Origin: Mobula hypostoma
Taxonomy: Eukaryota
DNA: 64,000 bases
Direction: 5' to 3'
Assembly: GCF_963921235.1 (NCBI RefSeq)
Contig: NC_086097.1
Location: 242,732,001 to 242,796,000 of the forward strand
In this document: positions 13,103 through 26,554 of the stretch, one piece after another
How the letters are laid out: each line of letters starts with the position of its first letter
How positions within the stretch are numbered: position 1 is the stretch's first letter
Translations under genes and position numbers: made by a program
The notes under the pieces: generated by a model
What the model was told of the DNA's origin: nothing
Databases searched by the model: none
The model's input: only the letters and a program-made list of their open reading frames with translations

Positions 13103-14595
13103 CACATTATCATCCAGATCATTGATATGGATGACAAACAAGAAAGGACCCAGCATCGACCCCTGTGGCACACCACTAGTCACAGACCAGCAGTCAGAGA
13201 TGCAACTATCTACTACCACTCTCTTGCTTCTCCCACAAAGCCAATGTCTATCCCAATTTACTACCTCATCCTAAGTGCCGATCGACTGAATCTTTTTGAC
13301 CAGCCTCCCATGCGGGACCTTGTCAAACACCTTACGAAAATCCATGCAGACAACATCCATTTTCCTGGTAACTTCCTCCAAAAACTCCATACGATTAGTT
13401 AGACATGACCTACAATGCACGAAGCCATGCTGACTATCCTTAATCCATCCATGTCTATCCGAATACTTATATATCCGCTCCCTTAGAATACCCTCCAATA
13501 ACTTTCCCACAACCGATGTCAGACTCATTGGCCTATAATTTCCTGGTTTATGATTAGAGCCTTTTTTAACAGTGGAACAACATTGTCTATCCACCAGTCC
13601 TCTGGTACCTCTTCTGTTGCTAAGGACGTTTTAAATATCTCTGCTTGGGCCCCAGCAATTTCTACACTTGCTTCCCACAGGGTCCGAGGGAACACCTTGT
13701 CAGGCCTTATGGTTTTATCTACCCTGTTTTGCCTCCTCTGTAATCTGTACAGGGTCCATGAAGTTGATGTTGTTTTGCCTCCCTTTCATAGACTCTATCT
13801 GTCTCCTGAGTAAATACCAATGCAAAGAATTAATTTAAGAGCTCCCCCATTTGTTTTGGCATGACACGTGGATTACCATTCTGCTCTTCCAGAGGACCAA
13901 TTTTGTTGCTTGCAATCTCTTTGCTCTTAAGATTTCTATGGAATCCCTTAGGATTCGCCCTCACCTTGTTTGTTAGGATAACCTCATGCCTTCTTTTAGC
14001 CTGCCTGATTTCTTTCTTAAGTGTTCTCTTGCATTTCTTATACTCCATAAGCACCTCATTTGTTTCCACTTGCCTATACCTACTATGCACCTCTTTTTTT
14101 TTCTTTTCTAGGGTCTCAATATCTCGTGAAAACCAAAGTTCTCTATAGTTGGCATCTTTACCTTTTATTCTGACAGGCACGTACAAACTTTGTACTCTGA
14201 AAATTTTATTTTTGAAGGGCTCCCACTTTCCAAGTACACCTTTGTCAGAAAACAGCCTGTCCCAATCCACACTTGCCAGATCATTTCTGATACCATCAAA
14301 ATTGTCCTTTCTCAAATTTAGAATCTCAACCTGTGGATCGGACCTATATTTTACATACTTACTTTGAAACTAATGGCATTGTTGTCACTGGACGCGACGT
14401 ATTCCCCTACACAAACTTTTGTCACCTGCCCTGTCTTATTCCCTAATAGCAGGTCCAGCGTTACACGCTGTCTCGTTGGGACATCTATGTACTGATGAAG
14501 GAAACTTTCCTGAACACATTTGACAAACTCTATTCCATCTAGTCCTTTTACATTACAGGATTCCCAGTCAATATGTGGAAAGTTAAAATCACCTT

Positions 14596-16840
14596 ATTCC
14601 AAACAAAAAGCTGTGGATGAACCAGGAGGTTCATTGTCTACTGAGGGCTAGATCTATGGCATTTAAGACTGGTGACAAGGAACCAGGTATGACTTGCGAA
14701 GGCTATTTCAAGAGCGAAGAAACATTTCCGAGCGAGGTTGGAGGCGACATTGGGTATATGTCCGCTCTGGCAGAGTTTGCAGGACATTATTTCCTACAAA
14801 GCAAAACCCAATAGCATGAATGGCAGAGACGCTTCACTATCAGGTGAGTTCAACGCCTTCTATGCCTGTTTTGAAAGGGAGAATATAACTACAGCTGTGA
14901 AGATCCCTGCTGCATCCGATGACCTTGTGATCTCTGTCTTGGAGGCCGATGTCAGGTTGTCTTTCAGGAAGTTGAACCCTCTCAAGGTGAGAGGCCCAAT
15001 GGAGTACCTGTTAAGGTTCTGAAAACTTGTGCCAACCAACTGGCAGGAGTATTCAAGGACATTTTCGACCTCTCACTGCTAAGGTCGGAAGTTCCCACCT
15101 ACTTCAAAAAGGCAACAATTATACCAGTGCCTAAGTAGAGTAGTGTGAGCTGCCTTAATGACTATCGCCCAGTAACACTCACATCTATGATGAGGAAATG
15201 CTTTGAGAGGTTGGTCATGGCTAGAAGGTACTCGTGCCTCAGCAAGGACCTGGACCCACTGCAATTTGTCTTTCGCCACAAAGGGTCTATGGTAGATGCA
15301 ATCTCAGTGTCTCTTCACATGGCTTTAGATCACCTGAATGATACAATCACCTCTGTCAGGATGATGTTTGTTGACTATAGCTCAGCGTTTAACACCATCA
15401 TTCCCACAATCCTGAGTGATAAGTTACAGGATCTGGGCCTCTGTACCTCCCTCTGCAATTGGATCCTCAACTTACTAACCAGAAAACCACAACTTATGTG
15501 GATTGATAATATCTCCTCCTCACTGACGATCAACACTGGTGCACCTCAGGGGTGTGTGCTTAGCCCACTGTCTACTCTCTCTATACCCACGACTGTGTTG
15601 CTAGGTATAGCTCAAATACCATCTATAAATTTGCTGATGACACACCACTGGTGGTAAAATCTCAGATGGAGATGAGAGGGTGTACAGGAGCGAGATATAC
15701 CAGCTAGTTGAGTGGTGTCTCAGCAACTACCTCTCACTCAACGTCAGTAAGATGGAAGAGCTGATTGTGAACTTCTAGAAGGATAAGACGAGGGGATATG
15801 AACCAATCCTCATAGAGGGATCAGAAGTGGAGTGAGTGAAGAATTTCAAGTTCCTGGGTGTCAAGATCTCTGAGAATCTAACCTGGTCCTAACATAGTGT
15901 TGCAGCTAAAAAGAAGGCAAGGCCAAGGCTATATTTCATTAGGAGCTTGAAGAGATTTGGTTTATCACCTGAAACACTCAAAAGCTTCTATAATTGTACT
16001 ATGGACAGCAATTTGACAGGCTGCATCATGACTGTTTGGTATTGGGTAGGGTTGTGGGGGGTGGGGGGGTTGCTACTGCACAGGACCGAAAGAAACTGCA
16101 GAAAGCTGTAAAATTAGTCAGCTCCATTTTGGGTACAAGCCTCTGTAGTACCCAAGACATCTTCAAGAAGCAGTGCTTCAGGAAGGAGGACCATGGCCTC
16201 TTCTCCTTGTTACTATCAGGAGGAACAGAAGCCTAAAGGCACACCCTCTGTGGTTCAAGAACAGCTTCTCCCCCTCTAAATGGACATTGAACCTATGAAC
16301 ACTACTTCACTACTTCATTCAGCATATATTATTTCTGTTCTTGCACTTTCACAATTTATTTTATATACATTCATGTATATATGCTAACTGTAATTGGTTT
16401 ACTTATTTGTTTTCTATATTATCACGTATTGCATTTAACTGCTGCCACTACTAAAGGCAACCGTTAGTCTTGCGAGACCATGGATCTGCCCCTGGAAAGT
16501 CTTCACCCTCCGGGGCGCAGGCCTGGGCACAGTTGTATGGAAGACTGGCAGTTGCCCATGCTGCAAGTCTCCCCTCTCCATGACACCAATGTTGTCCAAG
16601 GGAAGGGCATTAGGACCCATACAGCTTGGCACCGGTGTCGTCGCAGAGCACTGTGTGGTTAAGTGATTAAGTGGTTAAGCTCAAGGACGCAACACGCTGC
16701 CTCGGCTGCGGCTTGAACTCACGACCTTCAGATCACTAGTCGAATGCCTTAACCACTTGGCCACGTGCCCACAACTGCTGCTTACTAAGTTAACAAATGT
16801 CACAACACATGCCAGTGATAAGAAACCTGATTCTGATTCT
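14596..16840 (+). mobile_element. 5'-truncated Rex1/Babar-type LINE
   Basis: CLNDYRPVTLTS, MMFVDYSSAFNTI, TGAPQGCVLSP; (gattct)n tail. Confidence 0.9.
16454..16771 (-). mobile_element. tRNA-derived SINE with RTE-type 3' tail
   Basis: A box tggccaagtgg and B box gagttcaagcc on the minus strand; tail shared with 55610-56375; flanks repeat aactgctgc. Confidence 0.85.
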
Positions 16841-18060
16841 TGCAACAATCTGCAATCTCTTTCCAATTTTGTTCCTCTAAATCCCTTGGACTGTTGGGTG
16901 GTCTGTAATATTGGCCCATTAACGTGGTCATACCTTTCTTATTTCTCAGTTTCACCCACAATGCCTCAATAGTTGAGTCCTCCAGTCTGTCCTGACGGAG
17001 CACTGCTGTGACATTTTTCCTGACTAGTATCGCCACCCCTCCTGCTTTAATCCCTCCTGCTCTGTCATGTCTAAAACAATGGAACCCTGGAATATTGAGC
17101 TGCTGGTCCTGCCCCTCCTGCCACCAAGTCTCACTAATGGCTGCAATGTCATAATTCCAGGTGTTGATTCATGCCCTGAGCTCATTTGCCTTTCCTATGC
17201 TATTTCTTGCATTGAAATATACACAGCTCAGGAGACTAGTTGTATCATGCTCAACCTTTTGATTCCTGATTTTGTCTGAAGTATTACCGACATCTGCCTC
17301 CACAACCTCTCCTCTAACCTTTCTGGCGCTCTGGTTCCCATCCCCCTGCAACACGAGTTTAAACCCCACTGTGCAGCATTTACAGACCTTCCTGTTAGGA
17401 TTTTAGTCCCCCTCCAGTTCAGGTGCCTTCAGTACAGGTCCCACCTTTCAAGGAATAGAGCCCAATGATCCAAAAATCTTATGCTCTCCCCTCTACACCA
17501 ACTCCTTAGCCAGATGTTAAATGATATAATCTTCCAGGCTCTGACCTCAGTAGCACTTGGCGTGGGTAGCAATCCTGAGATCACAACCCTGGAGATCCTT
17601 TAACTTAGCACTTAACTCCGCAGAACCTCATCACTCGCCCTACAAATGTCATCGCTAACTACATAGGCCACGACCTCTGAAGGTTTACCCTCCTACTCAA
17701 GAATGACGAGAACTCGAGCTGAGATGTCCCTGATATTGGCTCCCAGGAAGGACCATACCATCTGGGAATCTCATTCTCACCCACCCACTGAACTTCCTGA
17801 CTGTTCCCCTAACTAACAAATCCCCTATCACCGTAGTGTGCCTCTCCTCCCTCCTTCCTTCCCTTCTGAGTCACAGAGCCAGACTCAGTTCCAGAGACCC
17901 GAACACTGTGACTTTCCTCTGTTGGGTCATCTCTCCACCCCCCGACGGTATCCAAAGTGATACACCTGTTGTTGAGGGGAATGGCCACTGACTCCTTAAC
18001 TCCTTTCCCCTTTCTGACTGTCACCCAGTTCCCTGTGTCCTGTGTTCTGTTCCTTAGGTG

Positions 18061-18062
<2 letters not shown>

Positions 18063-18111
<49 letters not shown>

Positions 18112-18118
18112 CTATATA
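18063..18118. repeat. (TC)n(TA)n microsatellite
   Basis: Seen directly. Confidence 0.95.
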
Positions 18119-18627
18119 TGTCCCTCTATCACCCCCTTCAGCCTCCTGAACGATCTGGAGTTCATCCAATTCCAGCTCCAACTTCTTAATGTGGATTGTT
18201 AGAGGCTGCAGCTGGATGCACTTCTCGCAATTGTAATCATCAGGGATCACCGGAGGCCTCCTGCCCTTCCCACATCCTGCAAGAGGAGCATTGCACTATC
18301 TTTTGCAGAAGGAACTGGCCTTTGTAGAAGGAACTGATCTTTGTAGAAGAGGGCAGAAAATGGAAGAAGTGACACATAGGATAGCATAAGAGGATTTTGG
18401 TGGATCCCCCTCAGCAAATACTAGTAAGGATAATCAGATTATTTGGAGAGTCCTAAGGGAACTTTTCTCTACCGATTTTACACCTAGACAAAGAACTAAT
18501 AAGTGTGATCTGTCTTACACGCCTTATATTTTGTACTGGGTTACCATGTCACTATGGCTGGGATCCTTCTATACATATCAGCTGTAGTAAAGCCTCAATT
18601 TCTACACAAAGCTTATCTAGTTCCCTC

Positions 18628-20186
18628 ACAAATGTTGCCTGGATTGGGGTGCGTGCCTTATGAGAATAGGTTGAGCGAACTTGGCCTTTTCTCTTTGGAG
18701 CGACGGAGGATGAGAGGTGCCCTGATAGAGGTGTATAAGATGATGAGAGTCATTGATCGTGTGGCAAGCCACTGGCTTTTTCCCAGGGCTGAAATGGCTA
18801 ACACAAGGAGGCAGAGTTTTAAGGTGCTTGGAAGTAGGTACAGGGGGGGTGTCAGAGGTCTTTTAAGAGACTCTTAGATAGGTACATGGAGCTTAGAAAA
18901 ATAAAGGGCCATGCAGTAGGGAAATTCTAGGCTGTTTCTAGAGTAGGTTACATGGTCAGCACAAGATTGTGGGCCGAAGGGCCTGTAATGTGCTGTAGGT
19001 TTCTATGTTCTATGTTCTAAAGCTTACTGCAACACCCAGCTGGTGTGTGCCTGCCAGCATTTGACAAGGTTCCCCTTGAGAGGCTCATTCAGAATGTCAG
19101 GAGGTATACAATCCAGGGAAACTTGGCTGTGTGCATTCAGATTTGGCCAGCCCAGCGGAGGCAGTAGTGATAGTAGATGGAATCTATTCTTCTAGGAGGT
19201 TGGTGACCAGTGGTGTTCAGCAGGGATCTGTCCTGGGACCTTTGCTTTTTGTAAGCTCGCTGCTCTTAAATTCAGTTCCCTCACAAATGGAGGCTAATAT
19301 ATCATGTGCCTTCTTAGTCGCCCTATCAACATTTACAGCAACTTTGAGGGATTAAGGACGTGGACCTGAAGATCCTTCTGTTCCTCCACACTGTCAAGAA
19401 TCCTGCCATTAACCCTGCTGTCTGCCTTAAAAATGTGACCTTCCAGGAGAGCTGGAGTGACCTGAAAAGCCTGGAAGTTCCTGGAGACCAGATACTCTGG
19501 TCAGGAAGATCTCTGTAATGTCAAGCTTATAAATGCCAACACCTTCTGAACCCTGCAGTGGCAGCTCTTGTGGTCAAAGCAGAAGTAATTGTACCTTGGT
19601 GACCTAACAACGCAGGGAGTTGTATCAGGGATAAGCAGTGTAGCCGAGGGTGGGAAATGGAGTGTGACCACAATCCAGATCTCCTGGACAGTGACAATGT
19701 AGTCAAGGCACAGTGACCTGGTTGTGCTTAAGGTCATAGGCGGTTGGAGATTTTAGTAATGACAAAAACATCCAGGCATGGAATCGTCCCTTCTGAATAG
19801 CACAGTCTCGTGGGAAATGGGTGATCTGTGAACGAATAAGGAGTATAGATAAATTTGTTGTGTTGCTTTACTGTTAATGCCATTTAAGATCTTCTTTTGC
19901 TTAATAAGAGAGGCATAACTTTAAGGTGATTGTAGGAAGTTATAGGGGGGATGTTAGCGGTAAAGTTTATTTTACACACAGAGCGGTGGAACGTGCCGCC
20001 GGGGTGGCGGTAGAAGCAGGCGCTTAAGGACTTTTAAGAAGCTCGTAGATAAGCACAGGGATGATAGAAAAATAGAGGGCTGTGTGGGAGGGAGGGGTTA
20101 GATTGTTTTTAGAGTTGGTTGGAAGGTCAGAAGAACATTGAGGGCCGAAGGTCCAGTGCTGTGCTGTAATGTTCTATGTTCTCTGT
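18628..20186. mobile_element. Cluster of short CR1 fragments (18628-19018 +, ~19060-19250 +, ~19255-19445 -, ~19905-20186 +)
   Basis: LGLFSLERRRMRG, VTSGVQQGSVLGPLLF, (ttctatg)n tails. Confidence 0.75.
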
Positions 20187-20249
20187 TCTGCTGGATAAGG
20201 GAGAATGGAAATCCTGATGGGCACCAAAACACCCAGAGAGTTATAGTTT

Positions 20250-20460
20250 ATTTAGAGATACAGCACGGTAACAGGCCATTTGGCCCAGTGAGCCTGCTCT
20301 TCCCAAATATACCCATGTGACCAATTAATGTACCAACCCAAACATTGTTGGAATGTGTGACGAGACCAGGAGACCTGGAGGGTTAGGGTTGGGGGAGAAC
20401 ATACACTCTCACTGGATGGAAACTTTGTTGCTGGCAATGTAATAGTGGTCTGCTACTAAA
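20250..20460 (-). mobile_element. V-SINE/HE1-like SINE remnant with CR1-type tail
   Basis: gggggagaacatacactc is the reverse of the V-domain gagtttgtatgttctcccc. Confidence 0.55.
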
Positions 20461-21499
20461 TGTGTAAAATCTCTGGGTTATGCTAACATTTAATAACACA
20501 ACGGAGACACCTCTTTCTCTGTTATCAGGGAGAGAGAGAGAGCCTGTGGTATATCCATTGCCGGGTGAACAAGTAGTCTTTGGAGTACTGCAAGTCTGTG
20601 CCTCTGCTCAAATTTGAGTGCTCGTCAATTCTTTTTTTTGCCAGTGGGGGGAGGAGGCATTGTTGCTTGCTGCCGCTTATGCATGGGAGGGAGAGGAGCT
20701 GCGGGGGGGAGACTTTGGGGTTCTAACATTTAACTCTCGTTCATTCTTTCAGGGCACTACTCTGGTTTTTGTGGATGGTTGCGAAGAATAGGCATTTCAG
20801 AATGTATAATGTATACATTTCTCTGACATTAAATGTATCTTTGAAACCTTTGAAATCTTTGAAACAAAGCTCTTCTTATGAAGGTGAGCAAAATAAAAGC
20901 CCAGCGCGTCCAAATGTTTAGATTATCTCCAGGAACAATGGTTTGGATCCAGATTTATTTATTTATCATATGTACATCAGTACATACAAATGTGTTGTTT
21001 GCAAGGATGCACTGGGGGCAGCCTACAAGGGCCGTCACACATTCTGATGCCAACATAGCTTGACTAACGTTCTTCACAGAGCAACACAAACAGCAAAGCA
21101 AGCCCACCGTCACACACAGACAAAGCTCCGACTCCAGGGCACGTCGTCTTTGGCCCTCCAACCTCTAGCGGACCAGGACTTACAGACATTGGGCTGTCGA
21201 CTTCCCCAGCGGACTCACAGACCCCGATTTCCGAGCTTCCACAGTCATTGTCCAACTGACGTCTGCTCACTTGGCTATCAGAATGCTGCTGTTCTTCAGC
21301 ATTAACTTCTTGTTCAGTCATGCTTTCCCAGAAATGGCTCATAAATGTGTCAAGGTCAAGAGGAAGTCTGGAGAGATTTTTCCAATGATATGAGGACGCC
21401 AGGCCCTTGTGGGAATAAAGGGGAAGAGGAGATTTCATTGGTGTTCCAATGTTTTCTGTTCTTGGTTCCAGATTTTCAGCATCTGTGGTTCTTTCCCAT

Positions 21500-22302
21500 T
21501 TAGATTCGGAGGGATGATGGCGCCTAACGGCAACTCCTTTGTTTGCATCTTCGGAAACAGCTCTATTTCTATCTTTATTTGTTTTTCCTTTCAAGGTTCT
21601 TTTGAAGACCCCGACCTGCAGTTACATGCAGGGTTGGGTTCTTTGCGGGAATGGGACCGGTTCATGCGGTTCCACGACTGGCTGCTATTCGACATGCCAA
21701 GGGTTTGGCCTGAGAACCTCGATCATGTTCAGAAGCCTAAGATCTCGGGGCTCTGGAGACGGGCGGATCAAGGGTTGGGGTCACGGCAGGAGACTCCTGT
21801 GTCGTCGGGGAAGCCGGAAAATCTTTCACTGTGGGCCCGAGGTCTTTGCGATTTTCGGACACAGAGCTCGAAAAAAGCGACAAAACGGACTTTTACGATC
21901 GTAAACCAGCGGGTTGTTGTTATGTCTCCCGCTCGCTGTGAAAATTGGAGACACCTCCCTCTCCCTTACCAGGAAGAGAGAGAACCTGTGGGTTGTCGAA
22001 TGTTGGATGAAATGCGAAGCTTTTGAGGTAACTTTGGTCTGTGTCTTTGCTATTGCTTAGCACCCGCTTGGGTTCTGCGATGGGACCGATGCGCGTTTTT
22101 TTGCTGGTGGGGGGGGGGAATCGTTGCTCCCTGCTGTTTATGTGCGGGAGGGGGGAGCTGGGGGATACTTTGGGGTTCTTATGTTTAACTGTTGTTCATT
22201 CTTTGGAGCACGTTTTTGTGGATGGTTGCAAAGAAAAAGCATTTCAGGATGTATACCGTATACATTTCTCTGACATTAAATTTGAACATTGAACCTTGAA
22301 CC
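21500..22302 (+). mobile_element. Non-autonomous retroelement (gatggcgcc head, (ttgaacc)n tail); 5'-truncated relatives at 20500-20865 and 49420-49725
   Basis: Shared blocks ggagacacctc...gagagagagcctgtgg and tctctgacattaaa; no protein motifs. Confidence 0.65.
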
Positions 22303-22319
22303 ACTTACTGGTAAATCTC

Positions 22320-22550
22320 TGGCATAGTAGTTAGTGTAATGCTTTTCAGCACCAGCTGTAAATTAAGCGTTTAATTCCCGCTGCTGTCTGTAAGGAGTTT
22401 GTACGTTCTCCCCGTGACCACATGGGCTTCCTCTGGGTGCTCTGGTTTCCCCTCACATCCCAAAGACATATGGGTTACAGTTAGTGAGTTGTGGGCATAC
22501 TATGTTGGCACTGTAACTATGGCAACCCTTGCAGACTGCCGGTACAACCC
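22320..22550 (+). mobile_element. V-SINE/HE1-like tRNA SINE
   Basis: gtaaggagtttgtacgttctccccgtgac...ggtgctctggtttcc V-domain; second copy at 24328-24550. Confidence 0.75.
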
Positions 22551-22879
22551 TTGTCTCTCAAAGTTCAACCGTACGTCCCTGTTGTGGGAGGTGGAGACGG
22601 TTATGGCTGGTAGCAGGGCTCTGGGGAAGCTGTAAGGGCCAATCCCCTGTACAGTGGATGCAGTGGATTGCAGAAGTGTCGATGAACACCAGCCGTACCA
22701 TCGACTTCAGAGCATGATCGACACGGGGTGTCATCGATGGCCAATGCTCCACCGAGGAGCAAGGGAAGAGCTAGGTAAGTAAGGAAGAACAGTCCTCCTG
22801 GTTTGATTTGTTCCCTCGGAACGTCGCACTGTATGTTTCGATGTGCACATGACAAATACATTTTTATCTTTAAATCATC

Positions 22880-24180
22880 ATTCAAAGTAAATTTATTATC
22901 CAAGTACATACTGTATATGTCACCATAAACAATCCTGAGGTTCATTTTCTTGTGGGCATACTCAGTAAATCTATAGAACAATAACCATAACAGAATCAAT
23001 GAAAGACAGCCCAACTAGGTTGTTCAACAGTGTGGAGAAAACAACAAACTGAGCAAATACAAAAAGAAGAAATAATTAAAATATGTAATGCTTATTAAAT
23101 AATCAATAACTATCGACAACATTGAGAGGAAGAGTCCTTGAAAGGGAGTCCATTTGTGTGGGAACATTTCAATCATGGGGCAAGTGAGGTTGAGTGAAGT
23201 TATCCCGTCTGGTTCAAGAGCCTGATGGTTGAGGGGTAATAACTGTTCCTGGACCTGGTGGTGTGAGTCCTGAGGCTCCTGTAACTTCTTCCTGATGGTA
23301 GCAGTGAGAAGAGAGCGTGTCCTCGGGGATGGAGGTCCCTGATGATGGATGCTGCCTTCCTGCAACAGCGTTTCATGTAGATGTGCTCAATGGTTGGGAT
23401 CAATGTATATCAAAGGATATTGAAATGAATTGAATTGACTTTATTACTTACATCCTTCATATACATGAGGAGTAAAAATCTTTACATTACATCTCTGTTC
23501 AAATGTGCAATGTGCATTTATAGTAATTTATAACAAATATTATGTACAACAGGATAGTCAATATAACATAGAAATACAGTTACATCAGCATGAATTAATC
23601 AGTCTGATGGCCTGGTAGAAGAAACTGTCCAGGAGATTGTTGGTCCTGGCTTTTATGCTGACATATCATTTCCTGGATGGCAGCAGCTGGAGCAGTTTGT
23701 GGTTGGGGTGACTCGAGTCCCCAATAATCCTTCGGGCCCTTTTCACTCACCTGTCCTTGTAAATGTCCTGAATCATGGGAAGTTCACTTCTACAGATGTG
23801 CTGGGCTGTCCGCACCACTCTCTGCAGAGTCCTGCGATTAAGGGAGGTACAGTTCCCATACCAAGCAGTGATGCAGCCAGTCAGGATGCTCTCAATTGTG
23901 CCCCTGTAGAAAGTTCTTAGAATTTTGGGGGGGAGGCCATACCAAACACCTTCAACCATCTGAGGTGAAAGAGGTGCTGTTGTGCCTTTTTCTCCGCACA
24001 GCCAGTACGTACAGATCACGTGAGGTCCTCGGAGATGTGTATGCTGAGGAACTTAAAGCAGTTCACCCTTTTGGCCCCAGATCCATTGATATCAATAGAG
24101 GCTAGCCTGTCTCCATTCCTCCTGTAGTCCACAACCAGCTCCTTTGTTCTTGCGATGTTGAGGGAGAGGTTGTTTTCTTG
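22880..24180 (-). mobile_element. Two tandem Rex1-type 3' fragments (22880-23400, 23430-24180)
   Basis: HALFSLLPSGRSYRSLRTHTTR; FYRGTIESILTGCITAWYGNC. Confidence 0.85.
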
Positions 24181-25099
24181 ATATACGCCAAGACGGGGTA
24201 TGGCACAGATACAAATCCGCCTGATGGTAAAAACCCTGTGAAACCTTGCAATGTGTTCCTGTTTGTTACTCCAAGTCCCCGTGTAGACAGCTTTAGTCTG
24301 GGAAGTAGAGGAATCATGGAAGCATTTGTGGCGCAGTAGTTAGTGTGATTTTGGTTCAGTTCCGCCACTGTCTGTAAGGAGATTGTATGTTCTCTCTGTG
24401 ACTCTGTGGGTTTCCTACGGGTGTTCAGTTTCCTAACGCACACCAAAGACGTTCAGATTAATAGGTTAATTAGTCTCATGCATATAATTAAGCGGTGGGG
24501 GCTTACTGGGTTGGAATGGTCTGTTACTATGCTGTGTCTCTAAAATTTAAAAAAATACAGCACAAAATTAAGCCCTTACAGTTAAACTTGCCTATGCCAA
24601 CCACAATGGTTATTCTTGTCAATCCCATTTGCCTGTATTACGTCCACATTCCTCTGTGCTTTCCTGTGTAAGTATCTGTCTAGATGCCTTTTCAGTGTTG
24701 TAATCACATCTGCCTCCGGTTAGGTCTGCTCCGATTTGTCTACTGCCACAGCAGCACGGCAGATGATTTCTCTGCTTTGCTTTGCTCTGCACTGAAGCAT
24801 CTGGACAACAGGAACTCATACACTCAGCCTGCTGTTCATCGTCTGCAGCTTGGCGTTCAACACAGTCATCCCATCCAAGCTCATTATTTAGCTCCAATAT
24901 CTGGGACTTTGTACCTCCCTCTGCAACACGAGGCTCAACTTCCTCATTGACAGACCGTGAGGACTGGTAACAACATCTCCTCACGGACCATCACGCAGTT
25001 GTGCCTCAAGACAGTGTGTTTAACCCCTTGCTTTACACTCTATGTACAGATAACTGTATGTAGCACAGGTCCATTGCCTTATTGGTTCCTTAATGTTGT

Positions 25100-25665
25100 T
25101 ATAGCTGGGGGTGGTAATGGGGACAAGCTCCCACTGCTTATTAAATATTCCCAATGATGTGCATCTCAAATAGCTTCTGACAACCAGGTCCAGCTCCTGG
25201 CCTTCACGTATGGTTTAGCTACTAAGCCTGGTGGAACCATTTCTACTGACAGGAGAAGGGGCAAATTGGGTTACTGGTACCTTAAAACCAGTCGCTTCAG
25301 GCAGATGGGGCTTGTCAGCTGTGGTTGGCAGCTCAACTAGAAGAAGGAAAACTCTGATCTCAAACCTCCGCTGCCTTGCGGCTACTCCCACTCAAGGGGA
25401 AGGTTTTGGGAGCAAACCCCGAGGGAACAATATGGAACTGGAGTCCCTAAGGCTGAGTTCAACACTGACTGGCAACTCCAGCGACACTGCTGGTGCCAAG
25501 CTGTATCGGTCTCTGCCGTTCCTTTGGGTTCATCAGGTGCGTGGAGAGGTGCGGCCTGTTACATGGGCAACAGTTTGCCCTCCATACCATACTGATCCGG
25601 CTCACGTATCCAGACAGCTGGGATGCAACGTCCATGGTCGACCCTGGCCAGCGGAGGCCTCAGGT
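25100..25665 (+). mobile_element. Non-autonomous RTE-derived element
   Basis: 5' block shared with 55610-56375 (ggggacaagctcccact...ctcctggccttcacg...gaaggaaaactctgat). Confidence 0.7.
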
Positions 25666-25676
25666 TGCCATATACA

Positions 25677-26325
25677 TGTAACGCTCAGCTATATCGGCTT
25701 GTATTTATCCAGGGGAAATCCCGTCTGCCGCCCAACCATGTCTCCCAGTTGCGTCGGTTGCTGTGCAATGCCACCTGGTTTGACCTCAAACATCAAACAT
25801 CAGACAACACACAATGGACACTTTACAGATTACACTTTATAAATCTCACTGGGACTATGAGATTAATAGAGATACAACATAAAAGGAAAAGAAAAAAGGT
25901 GCCAGACTTATCAAAGTTCAATTTCTTCGTGCACACACAGTTGGAGCTCAAATACTCGGGGTCTTCTCTCTTCACCCTGCGATCCACTCCGACCCCCTTG
26001 ACTCGCAGCTCGGGACCACCCAAGGTGATCAACCAGAGCGCTCCCAGCACGTCCGTCTTACTCCCAGTCTCTCCTCCAAAAGCCCGCCGAAACCCCCGTT
26101 TCCCAGCCATATGAGACAATATCACTCCAAAAAAAGAATAACATGGACACCCATTGGGTCATTCGCTCTCTTATCAATAATATAACCCAAACAAGCTGCT
26201 AGCTGCCAGAAAAAGAATCACTGTCTTAGCAGTTAAAATCACAGAGAAACCATTTTAATTATAACATAACAAAGAAGCAATTTTGATTAGCATACGCGGT
26301 AACATAAAAAAAGAAACCCCTTACA
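25677..26325. mobile_element. Solo LTR (Gypsy-type)
   Basis: tgtaac...ttaca ends; flanks taca/tacg (4-bp TSD with CpG decay); motifs shared with the 9694 LTR (gttggagctca, taacccaaac). Confidence 0.85.
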
Positions 26326-26554
26326 TACGAATTTGTCGATGACACTGTGACTGGATGGATTACCAGAGAAAGGTGGGACACCTGGTTGAGTGGTGACGCA
26401 CTCAACATCATCAAAACGGAAGAGCTGAAGACTATTTCATGCTATGTTGATGCCGGAATGTGTGATGACACTTGGGCCTGATCCCAGCACATCCTTATGT
26501 TGACTAGGTTGTTAACGCAAACAACACATTTCACTGCACGTTTCGATGCAAGTA

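Larger units (their letters stand above)
9075..18300 (-). mobile_element. Degenerate near full-length CR1 in three pieces (18300-16841, 14595-13107, 9693-9075), interrupted by Rex1 and Gypsy
   Basis: ORF1 zinc/esterase (CEKCIQLQ...LELELDEL), APE (YFNARNSIGKANELRA, YYRPPNS), RT (NYRPMSLTS, MEFNADKCKVLHFG). Confidence 0.9.

Noticed and set aside
16690..16771. tRNA gene
   Set aside because: A and B boxes are followed by a SINE body and tail; it is a SINE head.
21409..22026. 205-aa ORF (and the 203-aa ORF at 25231-25842) as host genes
   Set aside because: No recognisable motifs; both lie within multi-copy non-autonomous repeats.
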